From: Bugula neritina
Lineage: Eukaryota; Animalia; Bryozoa
Direction of reading: 5' to 3'
DNA: 64,000 nucleotides
NCBI GenBank assembly: GCA_964035545.1
Contig: OZ037770.1
Coordinates: forward strand, 2,698,662-2,762,661
In this document: piece after piece, positions 13,101 through 23,758 of the stretch
How positions within the stretch are numbered: the stretch's first letter is position 1
Layout of the letters: each line of letters opens with the position of its first letter
Position numbers and translations under genes: made by a program
The notes under the pieces: generated by a model
What the model was told of the DNA's origin: nothing
Seen by the model: only the letters and a program-made list of their open reading frames with translations
The model's database searches: none

Positions 13101-15679
13101 ATCATCACCAGTATCTTCTGCTGGTTCATCAACAGCCAATACTGTTCCCCATAAAATTACACAACCTGCCAATCATAAAGGAGATTAGATAAAAGAGAGA
13201 ATATGGTACTAAGGTAACATTTGTTTGTTGTCTAATAATCCAGTTGTCATGGAAACATGGGGTCTTGGACTGCCACACAATAAAGCATTTTAAAACTGCA
13301 ATGTAGGCTATACTTTCAAAAAAGAGTTTATGAAACTATAACAATGTTGGCTATAATAGCATAGGCTAATGATGAGTCACTTTAACCAGAAATTAGTAGC
13401 ATTATAATAATTATTATATACATGTTAATTTCTCTCTATCATTACAATATAAAGGTTGGCCCTAAGTTCGTTATGGGTTAGTTCTCTTTCTAGTATTAAA
13501 AACAGAGTTTCTAGATTTTTCTTTTTTGCTATAGAGCTATAACGTTTATGAAAAATAATTGCTCGCACTGGGAATCGAACCTGAGACCTCCAGCTTGCAA
13601 ACAAGTGTGCTAACCATTACACCACGGAGACCATTGAGTAAACTCAACAATACAGTTTACAATCACAATTTTCCACATTCACACTTTACACTTAAAGAGC
13701 CCCAAAGCTGATAAAATATTACGTCACAGCTTTGTTGATTCAAACTTTAAAACAAGTTTTTAAATAATTTAAAGTCCATTAGTTCATAGAAACATGTTTA
13801 TACTATAACTATCTAAAAAAAGCTGATGAAACCATGCAGCAATTACTGGTATTTCTTCAATCTCTACTGCCTGATGATGTTACATTTTCAGTCTTGGTTA
13901 TTAGAAGCATGCAGAATGCGTGGAGCTTTTTTGAAAATATTAAACTAATTTGTTTTATACAGGCTTCTTACGTTTAAACAATATTTTGTTAGTGTGTCTA
14001 ATATACACATATGTCGGGAGAAAACATTATTTGAAGGCAATGGAATGAAAAATATTAAAATAGCTTTCTGTTATTATTGTAATCATGTGTTTGCAGAGTA
14101 GCTTTATAGATAGGAAGTGAAACTTTATGACGAGAATTGGACAATATATAGACATATTATTATAGCATGCAGTGGTTAAAGTAGAAAAGTGGTGAGAATA
14201 CTCTAGAAATCACTGCTAGTTTTAGCACCTAAAACATAATTCAATCTCCAATTGCGACATGTCCTATAAAGCAGAATATGCTAAGCATAATTATTAAAAC
14301 ATCCTGATACCAGGGTTGGGGTCAATTACATGAGAACGTAATTATTTACATTTACAACTACATGGGAATGTAATTAATTACAATTACAATTGTGTTTGTT
14401 CTCTCAAGAGACAAATAAAAGTTATATAATCTCACTTCTTGGGTCTAACTACTTCTTTTTTTCAACAGTAATCAATATAGTGACAAATACGACATTAAAT
14501 TAATCTGAACTTTTTATTAAACAGTAATTAGCAAGGCAAAAAAATATGAATTTTATAAGATTTAAAATTTCAAGTAACTGCTATGTAATTATAAAGTACG
14601 TAATTGTGAAATTCAATTAAATTAGCAATGTAATTAATTACAATTACAATTATACATTTTTATACACCAATTACAAACTACATTCAATTCTTGAGAAAAT
14701 GTAATTAATTACAACCAGTTACAATTACAAATTACAATTACTCCAACCCTGCCTGATACACAATCAAACATTTTTGAAATTTTTTTAGACTGCAGTTCTA
14801 ATCTTTTTAGGACAAAATAAACTTTGTATCATTTAATCACTAACTTTACATACGTCATACTGATACGGTAATATAAATGTAGCTTAAGAGAAGCTGAGAA
14901 AATGTAGAGAGGGTATACAGCATAACCCTTCAGACCCTCTGCTCTGGCCACAAAGAATGGTTAGGATTTGCTGTTATAGTAGGTAAGATAATCCCAATAT
15001 CTATCATAAATAGGTAGCATTTTGTCTGTTAAATGATAATTGTTTATGTTTACTTCAAAATATTTATAGGTTTTCTGAGATTGCTTTAGCTATTCCAAAA
15101 AATATTGCCAAGGGCAGGATCAGTAAATTTAAAATTTTGTTGTTTATAGTCTATTTCATGCCCACACAGTTTATTTATAATATTGAGACCCCTATTGTCA
15201 TCTGCCATAGAATGAACTTTATATAATTTTTATATGAAAGCACGCTTTCACATTTCTAAAACTTAAAAAATACTTTTTATACAACTCATTAACAACAAGA
15301 ATTATAAATTTTCTAGTAAAATGATACTATATTTTATATACTTTAGTGACCTACGCCAAACTTCATTAAGCATTCACATTTGCAGATCAATTGAAAATAT
15401 TTAATAAGTAATAACTACAGTAAAGCAGAATACAGATTTAAGTGTCGTGAGAGAAAAATTTTAGCATTTAAAGTTGGTTTTGATTTTCTTGATTAGTGTT
15501 AAAGTTAAAGTGCATTATCGTAACTCTTTGCTATATTTCCCACATGCATTTTTTAATTTTTCTATTAATTACTATGCCTACCACATAAGTTTCCACAAAA
15601 CTTAAATAATAGTAAGTGATAGTATCTTACTGTGAAAGACGATATACCAACCAGCCAGCCAGAAAGAGAGTATCTGCAT
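7107..15679 (-). CDS. Uncharacterised single-pass type I membrane protein, 291 aa, 12 coding exons
   Basis: Exons 15679-15631, 13165-13092, 12781-12737, 11912-11782, 11073-11002, 10593-10540, 10183-10109, 9877-9833, 8620-8505, 8341-8247, 7634-7543, 7134-7107. All GT-AG, phases compatible, total 876 nt. Signal peptide MQILSFWLAGWYIVFHSCVILWGTVLA, TM YVYILIVAIVGVTILVSIVVVCIFIF, basic C-terminus ...RKRKRVKKPE*. Minus-strand AATAAA near 6867-6872. Confidence 0.85.
9442..9782. mobile_element. hAT-type MITE, second copy of the 3444 family
   Basis: TIRs CAGGGCTGTCCGAC / GTTGGACACCCCTA; internal sequence colinear with 3444-3753; degenerate TSD CCTTGGTA/CCTTAGTC. Confidence 0.85.
11163..11385. repeat. 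20-bp minisatellite
   Basis: Unit ATACTGTAACATACTGAAAT, ~10 copies, in intron 4 of the membrane-protein gene. Confidence 0.9.
12125..12685. repeat. 10-bp minisatellite (AGTTAGTAGA)n, ~55 units
   Basis: Direct inspection; reads (TCTACTAACT)n on the transcribed minus strand. Confidence 0.95.
13561..13632 (-). mobile_element. tRNA-like SINE head (second family)
   Basis: Minus strand GGTCTCCGTGGTGTAATGGTTAGCAC...GGTTCGATTCCCAG has A and B boxes, but no acceptor stem forms; related fragment near 57445-57490. Confidence 0.6.
14311..14751. mobile_element. hAT-type MITE with AATTAC subterminal repeats
   Basis: TIRs CAGGGTTGGGGTCAATT / AATTACTCCAACCCTG; perfect 8-bp TSD CCTGATAC. Confidence 0.9.
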
Positions 15680-16837
15680 TATTAAACAATATCAAAACAG
15701 TCTCCCGAAAGTTGAATTATCACTTCTTTTGAAGCTTCATTTATTTTTCTAAATACAAAACTAAACAATGAGAAAAATTCTTGCAATGCATTTTTTGCTA
15801 GTCAAGTCATGTCAAAAATGTAAACAAATAAAAAATTATGCCAATTATCCTTTGAATGATGAGTTTTTGAAGTAACTGTTAGTGGCATAACTCCAAGGTG
15901 ACATTAAAAACTCAGGCAATGTTTATAGAAATGCTCTCAGTCACTGAGCATTTGGTTTATATTGCGTGAAGTCATGTTTGCAAATTAATTATAAAATAAA
16001 TCTTTGCAAAGTATGAGAAAGTAGCTAGGCTGTGCTATAAACTCTTTTAATTAAACTATGTTTTTAGCTTTAACAACAAAGCTTTGTTAAATATATCGCA
16101 AACTTTGTTTTGCTTGTTTTGGCTATTTATGTAATTGCACTGGCAGAGTTTTATAGATGCTATAGTAGTTTAACTAAATAACACATGTTTGTAGTGCTGG
16201 TTTATTATTCTTGCTTACATCCTAACAATATTGGGTAGGATCAATAGATGCAGCACAGAGCTCCAAGCTTCCAACTCTAAACTCCAAGCCACCTAATCAC
16301 TTCAAACTCCAGTGACCCCAAACTTTGCGCTGCATGAAGCAGTTTCCCAGCAATATAGCTTGAGGTGTTGCAGAGTAGAATAGGATAAACTAAGCGGGTT
16401 GCACAACCCACCCCACCCTTTTAAGAGTTTGAGCCACTATAGCACAGCACGGTGATTATGTCTATGCTAAATCTTGCATGCAAATAAAAACCTTACCATT
16501 ACTATCATTTTGAATTTAATGTGATCTGAAGAAAAAGCATTTATATAACATATGCCCAATATATTTTTATTATAGCTCAAGTTATTAGACCATGTTTTTG
16601 AGTTTTACTTTGGGTGAAATTTTGCAGTATATTCATCTGGATAGCTTCTAGCATATTAGTTGTTCGCAAACTTCATAAGGAAACCTAAACGCTATATAGA
16701 ACCTATGTTGTCAATCTTATTGAAGGGAAGACCATATTATATTACAATATTGATAAAAGAAAAATTGTTGAGTGTCAATTACACCCTGACATGCCATCTT
16801 GTAAACATATACATGTAACCTATAGTTTATGAAGCAG

Positions 16838-17050
16838 GGAGCAGCTGTGGTCCAGGGGTTAAAGCGTTTGCTTTGTGAACCCGAAGTCATGGGTTCAAAC
16901 AAAGATAAAGGCAATTGGTGATGTTAGGAAGGGCATCCAGTCATAATTGCTCCTGTGCCTCATATGAACAAGTCCTTAGCCTGTTCTAATAAACACCCTT
17001 TCCATCAGGGTTTCTCACAGGGATATAGCGACTATAAACTTGCGCGAGTT
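16838..17050 (+). mobile_element. tRNA-derived SINE (same family as 1006)
   Basis: GCAGCTGTGGTCCAGGGG...GGTTCAAAC...GGTGATGTTAGGAAGGGCATCCAGTCATAATTGCTCC...GACTATAAACTTG. Confidence 0.8.
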
Positions 17051-17315
17051 TTTTTGAGTTTATGAAGTCAACAAAAGTCTATAAATTCCAGTAAGCTTAC
17101 CATGGATCTTTTGACGAAATATTTCTCTTTTAACATTTAAAATATGTATATTTGCAGCCTGTATGCATAACACATTAGTACTTTATAATTTATAACCATG
17201 ACACAGTATATAATTATGCAATTAATTGCACAAGTTATTGATCCAATATTGCAGTCACACTTTATAAAAGTTAGTGACATACTTTGAAATTAATCAGAAA
17301 GGAAACAGCAGCAGC

Positions 17316-18272
17316 ATGGACAACACAACTATCGACAGCGTTAGTTCAGGCAGCGTTAGTTCAGACAGCATCAGTACTGGAACCTTTAGCAACTCCAGTG
17401 TACCAATCTGTAAAGGATTCACCGACATCTGCACTCGTCCTGAGTACGAATACACGCTAATATCGGTAAACATTTTATCTCTCATTATAAACATTCTTCA
17501 TTTGGTAGTCTTAAACCGGCACAAGAAATTGAAAGGAACAGCATATTTGAGTCTGTTGCAATGTATTTGTGTGCTGGACATTCTGTCTGCTGCTGCCTAC
17601 GTGGTGAGAGTTCTGTGTTTCCTTCACGTAACTCTTGCTGAAGCACCCGTTTGGTGTGGTCTCCTTACTCAGACCCTCTCCAACACGGTGACTCATTACC
17701 GATACACAATGCTGGCGGTCGGATGTGCGGAACGATACCTGGCTGTTTGCCATCCCTTTCAGTACGAAGGAAACGCTTTCACCCGGCACTTGAAACTTTG
17801 GAGTTGTCTGCTAGTGCTTCCTATTCTAGGACTATTCGCGATGCGGGAAATCTTGTCGAGAAATAGAGTGTGCATTCATCCAGTAGTGGGAATGATCACA
17901 TCTTCGTTACTGAATGACATTGTTTTCATTTCCGTTATTTTGGTGCCATCTTTTATAGCCTCAGGATTGCTTTTACTAATTTTCAAAGAACTTCGCAACA
18001 TGAAAAGACGTAGACAAGCTCAGATAGATGAAGGATTAGAATCTGCCTCCAGATACATATGTGTAATATTTGTAGCCTTCATGGTGTGTTTAATTCCAGT
18101 GACTGGCTCTTTCTTTACTAAGATGTTTTCCAGGAGACCTACAGAGTATACAGCTCTGTTTGTCACGCTCTTCAACTCTTTGTATGGGATCGTGAACACC
18201 TTAGTCTACGGCTGGATGCATGAGAACTACAGGGCTATACTTTTTGATCTTCTAAGATGTCGTAAAGAATGA
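17316..18272 (+). CDS. Intronless rhodopsin-family (class A) orphan GPCR, 318 aa
   Basis: Seven hydrophobic segments, TM1 Asn, TM2 LD, ERYLAVCHPF at the end of TM3, TM6 CLIP, TM7 YGIVNTLVY. First ATG is at 17316; the ORF track starts at an upstream GTG. Confidence 0.92.
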   Translation: MDNTTIDSVSSGSVSSDSISTGTFSNSSVPICKGFTDICTRPEYEYTLISVNILSLIINILHLVVLNRHKKLKGTAYLSLLQCICVLDILSAAAYVVRVLCFLHVTLAEAPVWCGLLTQTLSNTVTHYRYTMLAVGCAERYLAVCHPFQYEGNAFTRHLKLWSCLLVLPILGLFAMREILSRNRVCIHPVVGMITSSLLNDIVFISVILVPSFIASGLLLLIFKELRNMKRRRQAQIDEGLESASRYICVIFVAFMVCLIPVTGSFFTKMFSRRPTEYTALFVTLFNSLYGIVNTLVYGWMHENYRAILFDLLRCRKE

Positions 18273-19391
18273 CTGTTTACAAAGAAAACTGTAATGTGAT
18301 ATAATTAGTGAACGAACACTGTATTACTTTATATAAAGGTGATTGGGAATTATGCATGTTGTTTTTATGATGTTGTAAAAAATTGTTATCGCTAATAAAG
18401 AGACAGTTTTTTAAGTACATTGTTTTTATTTGAGCAAAAGTGTATAATATATCAAATATACGTTCTATAGACAATATTATATAAACTCATACAAGTTTAT
18501 AGTCGCCATTACTGTGCGAAAACCTCTAGACCACGGCTGCTCCCTTTTCTGTAGACGATCAATGCAACCAGGCCATTCTATGTAGCATGCTGCATGGCTT
18601 CCATATTGTTCAGCAGAGTTGCTTACAATTATTTAGCAACCTTGTTGCTAATTTCAAGACCCGAATCTACCCTTTATTATTTTGTTTGCAATCTATAGGA
18701 AGATTACGAATCAGGGTCAAGATAATATTATATAGTGTGTATAAATAGGATGTTACATATTAATAATTATATAACATATCATATAATCATCACATCTCAA
18801 AGGAATAATATAATATCATTGAGCTTTATTCCATATTCAAATGAACCACAGGGCTGCTCAAAATAACCTTGACCTAATATTCTCACCCTGGAAGCTGAGC
18901 CCTTTGGACCAATCAATAACTGCAGTTTTCAGATATAAACACATTAAACAAGGTGACTTGAGATCACTGCATAATATTACAGAGTCACCTTGAAGGTCAG
19001 CTTTGAAATTAATGCAACCACTGCTGCTAGCCCTTAGCATGTTTACTATAGTATAATATTATGTATTATAATGGGAATTGGGGATTAATTAAAGCAATCT
19101 CAGGAACACTGCTATAGCAATGGGAATACCATTGTATACATAATAAATATTTAACATAGTAGAAATGAACTGTATGTTATATATTACATAATATAATATA
19201 TTCTGTTTTAGTAGATAATATTATAAAGCTATCTTAGTATATTACTATAAATGCACTGTCTATATATAATTTTCATGTAGGACAGCAAACATTACCAGGT
19301 TGTTGAATAAATATAATTTACACTGCAATAAGTCAAATAACAGTTAAAGCCTATTTTTATCACTTAGAACCATAAAAATTAATTACAATAC

Positions 19392-19912
19392 ACTGCTCCT
19401 TCCATATCTCACTAAGTTACAGTACTCCCTTCATATCTCACTAAACTACAGTACTCCCTCCATATCTCACTAAGCTACAGTACTCCCTTCGTATCTCACT
19501 AAGCTACAGTACTCCCTCTGTATCTCACTAAGCTACAGTTCTCCCTCTGTATGTCACTAAGTTACAGTACTCCCTCCGTATCTCACTAAGCTACAGTACT
19601 CCCTCCGTATCTCACTAAGCTACAGTACTCCCTCTGTATCTCACTAAGTTACAGTACTCCCTCCGTATCTCACTAAGCTACAGTACTCCCTCCATATCTC
19701 ACTAAGTTACAGTACTCCCTCCATATCTCACTAAGCTACAGTACTCCCTCTGTATCTCACTAAGTTACAGTACTCCCTCTGTATCTCACTAAGTTACAGT
19801 ACTCCCTCCATATCTCACTAAGTTACAGTACTCCCTCCATATCTCACTAAGTTACAGTACTCCCTCCATTTCTCACTAAACTACAGTACTCCCTCCGTAT
19901 CTCACTAAGCTA
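19392..19912. repeat. 29-bp minisatellite (~18 copies)
   Basis: Unit CTACAGTACTCCCTCCGTATCTCACTAAG. Confidence 0.95.
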
Positions 19913-20317
19913 GGGATTGCAAAACTTCAAATCGTGACAAATTAGAATATTAGATCCAACTAACAGAATCTAGCCGTTAAATTCGGCCATTTTGTCTATA
20001 CATACATGTATATGCTACAAAATGGGGGAGGGGTTTAAGCCCTTCTCGTGACTTTAAATGAAAGTCTGAGATCACTCACTGCATAATGTTTTTATAAACA
20101 TTACGCAGTGAGTGATCTCAAGAAAATAACTTTTTATGCCATGTTCTGTAGAGAATGCTTACATATTTAATGGAGGAAATTATTTCTAATGGAAAAATAT
20201 ATTTATGCAACGTTTTTGATACAACTTATATAGATGAGAACAGTTATGCTACAAACTCTATATCACCGTGTTTCATAGCTTATATATCCAAAGGGATTTC
20301 TCATTTAGTGTGTGTGT

Positions 20318-20455
20318 GGCACACTGCACGGCACACTGCACGGCACACTGCACGGCACACTGCACGGCACACTGCACGGCACACTGCACGGCACACTGCA
20401 CGGCACACTGCACAGCACACTGCACAGCACACTGCACAGCACACTGCACAGCACA
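20318..20455. repeat. 12-bp minisatellite (GCACACTGCACG/A)n
   Basis: ~11-12 copies; CGG variant on the left, CAG variant on the right; source of several spurious ORFs. Confidence 0.95.
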
Positions 20456-22801
20456 CACATATAGCACAGATTACAGGTAATTTGAAGTTCTGTTCCACAT
20501 TTTAAATGCCTGTGGTTTGACAGTTTTCTTATTTTCACCAATTGTCTTGTTATACTAGCTGTTATCACAAAATGTAAATATTGTAGTAACTTGTGGGTTA
20601 AATTGAATGGAATCAGGCGGAGAACATAACTTTTTGTTATAGAAGAGACAAGAGAAAGTGTTGAAATAGTGTGTGTGTGTGTGCTGTATCTTTATTGTAA
20701 TCTTGGTCCTTCCAGTACGAGCTCCAGTCCTCAAGTGACTGTAGCTTAAAATGGGCTTCCTTGTATATTAACAGGACAAAGGGCTTTCAGAACCTTCGAC
20801 CGACAGCAGGCCGAAGTTTGGCCAGGTATGCCGACAGTCGTCATGTCGGCAACCGACATTCGGTCTGTCGGCTGAACTCGGTCCAACTGTCGGTTTACAT
20901 GAATCAACAAAAGTGAGTTCCAAGTAAGTGTTAGGTATAATTAGAAGAGGGGAAAAGAGCAATGCTAGCTATAATAGTTACTGTTAAATTGGCGTTCTTA
21001 TGGTGATGTGTAACAAGGGAGGGTAACTCTAATATTTACCACAATATTACATGAGCAATTGAATGCTTTATACTATAATCCCTATGATTTAGTGATAACT
21101 TTAGTAATGCCACTAGCATCAAAAGCAATAAATTGAAAGTTAACTCCACTGTTGCATGTCTAAAAATAAGAAAATTTTGTTTTGTACAGCATAATTTTTT
21201 CTAACAATACGACTCATAGGATAGCAGTTGAGATGCCCTATAGCGGTTAGATGCATGCCTTGTATGACATAATTCATAGGTTTAGGCTCAGACTGTTGTG
21301 CGAGCTGTCAAGGGGGTTCTTCTGTCCATATTTCCTTCTGTGATACCGTAAAGGCCCTCAGATTATGTTACCAGCATATAAAACTTGTATTTGGAGCTTT
21401 TCGTGTGATAGACTTTGGACAATTGTTAGTTTAGTAACTTTCTTATAGCCTTATATTGGCCCAACCTTCTGCAAGATAGACACTATGCACTTTAATCTTT
21501 ATGGAATATGCTACTGTAGATTACAATTTCCGATTCCTTCAACACATTGGAAAACAGTGGCCTATAGGCGTTCATAGCAATGGCCTAGTAAACACAAGGC
21601 TAGTGGTTTGAACCAAAGTATACCTGGTAGAGGGAGGTAGAGACCATTTAATGTGTTAGGAAAGGCATTCAGTCATAATTGATTTTCTCCCATAATAGAA
21701 GACAGTTAGTTCTTTAGCGTGCTTTTTATGGACCTTTCAGCATGGCTGAGTTAATGTGTTTCTACATATAGACACAAAACTTGTTAAAGGTGAAGTTTAA
21801 ATCAATAATTCCACGTCTTTGTTTTAAATTGCCAAAAGATATTACGCCATGCTGTAATTATAATGTTTTTATATTTAGCAATTTAGGACATATATTATCC
21901 TGGTAAGCTCTCCTCTATCTTATATAGCGCATTACAAAATAATAAGTTAAGTTATAAGCTGTTGGGCCATGTCCTGCTATATTCTTATGTTCTGTCTTTA
22001 GGCCTAGAGTGCTATATATTCATAAATCTTTATAATAAAAACCGGCAAACAACTTTATTGTTTTTTTTATTCCGTCTGCAAATACATTGGCCTAGTAAAC
22101 GCAAGGCTAGTGGCTTATAGAATCCAGGTTGAAGAATAAGAAGGATATTGAGTCATAATTGCTTATTTTCTACAAGAAAGAGTATTTCCCTAGTTTGTTT
22201 TAAAGACATTTTTACCAGAGCAAAAGTTCTGACAAAAATGGAGAGTGTGAAATTACAAGAATATTTTTGTTTTTTATATACACAAAAGTTATTGCAGGTG
22301 AGTCATGAATTGCTTTTCTTACTTTTATAATTTAAAAGTAAGTTATCTAAATGCATCTATTAAGTGAAAGATGTAACTGAAGATGCTCAAGTTAGTGTTT
22401 ATTGATTAACAACATGTAAGTACATCACAGAGACAAAACTAAATAACAAAAATAATATTTATTAAAAGCATTGTCGAGTTGCATTAAACAAAGTTTAACT
22501 TTTAAAGACAATAATTTCATTATAAAACAATGGTGTTAATGTACAATAAGATGTAGCCTATATATTATAATATAAGTAAAATGCACAACTTCACGATATA
22601 TATTCAACTTGTTTGTGAGTTAATGAATTGCGCAGATCTATAAGGTTTACTCAGTTTATTCCCTGTATATATCGTTAGTAACATGTTCGATGAGACATAT
22701 ACTCTAAAATTTGAGCATTCAACAGTCACTCGGATATATATTCAAACTTTGCCACTGTGTATCGCAAAGGCTTGAGCTTTTGTTTATAACGTGATGTATG
22801 A

Positions 22802-23758
22802 TTAACAATTTCCTCTGTTGGTAGGAACATTTTCGGAGGGTTGTACTCTGACATTTTTAACACGAAGTATTCTCAGGATGTGAGCGCTGTAGCCAGGAGT
22901 CATTACGATGTACACAACAATGTTCATGATACCATAAACAGCTTGGTAAAACATAGATATCCACCTAATCACATTAGCCGGTTCCTTTGGCAAAGCTTCA
23001 ATAAGATTTAGGATCACTGATAAGAAAGCTGGAACATAAAGCAAGTAAAACGTAATGCAAATAATCAAAATGTATTGAGCTGATCTTTTCACCATTAAGT
23101 CATCTGGTCCAGCTGCGCTCCTCTGCTGCATTTTTCTAAGTTCTTTCCAAGTTTTGAATAGCAGAACCACACACGTTGTTAAAGTTATTGTTATGGAGCT
23201 TGAAAAAACTACATCAGTTTGAACATTGAATTCCATTGGCATAGATCCAAACACGCCAAAACAATATTTCCTAGTGTTAGTGGCTAAGGGAACACCCATC
23301 ACGATAAGACTAGCTATCCAGATTGCGCCAAGACAAACTCCTAAGTTGTTAAGCACTTTGTTTGTCTGTACATTGAATGGTTGACATATGGAGACATATC
23401 TTTCATAGCTACCAGTTACCAAAATGAGATTTCGGGCAAAGTATGTAGCAAAACCAAGTATGTTGATTACAACTTGATACACCAATACCTTTTTCCTTGG
23501 TAGTTTTACCACGAGCCTGTTCAGGTCACAGCTGACATATAAGGTAAAGACTATACCTGTGGCTATGTCTGAAATTCCAATATTCACCACGATCCAAAAA
23601 TATCTATTTCTTTTTGACTTGTCCACGGTTTTCAGCACAATCAAGTTTAGAATGTTGCATACAACACCAAATAAGTTGACTACTATTAATACTGCAGGAG
23701 TAGTAGAATCAGCACAAAATTCTGTTACATCATCACACAGGAAGCTATTGTTCTCCAT
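22802..23758 (-). CDS. Intronless rhodopsin-family (class A) orphan GPCR, 318 aa
   Basis: Seven TM segments, TM2 NIGISD, ERYVSICQPF, TM4 Trp, TM6 LYVP, TM7 YGIMNIVVY; paralogous to 17316-18272. Confidence 0.92.
   Translation of the reverse strand: MENNSFLCDDVTEFCADSTTPAVLIVVNLFGVVCNILNLIVLKTVDKSKRNRYFWIVVNIGISDIATGIVFTLYVSCDLNRLVVKLPRKKVLVYQVVINILGFATYFARNLILVTGSYERYVSICQPFNVQTNKVLNNLGVCLGAIWIASLIVMGVPLATNTRKYCFGVFGSMPMEFNVQTDVVFSSSITITLTTCVVLLFKTWKELRKMQQRSAAGPDDLMVKRSAQYILIICITFYLLYVPAFLSVILNLIEALPKEPANVIRWISMFYQAVYGIMNIVVYIVMTPGYSAHILRILRVKNVRVQPSENVPTNRGNC

Noticed and set aside
13561-13632. tRNA-Ala(TGC) gene
   Set aside because: A and B boxes are present, but the acceptor stem and anticodon arm do not pair; better explained as a SINE head.
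17274-17315. GTG-initiated N-terminal extension of the GPCR
   Set aside because: An ATG followed by an N-glycosylation sequon (MDNTT) is at 17316 and gives the same length as the paralogue; an acceptor-like AG lies at 17297.
20155-20568. HTAR/CTAH/CAVQ repeat ORFs (metallothionein-like)
   Set aside because: All frames are open simply because the 12-bp unit has no stop codons.
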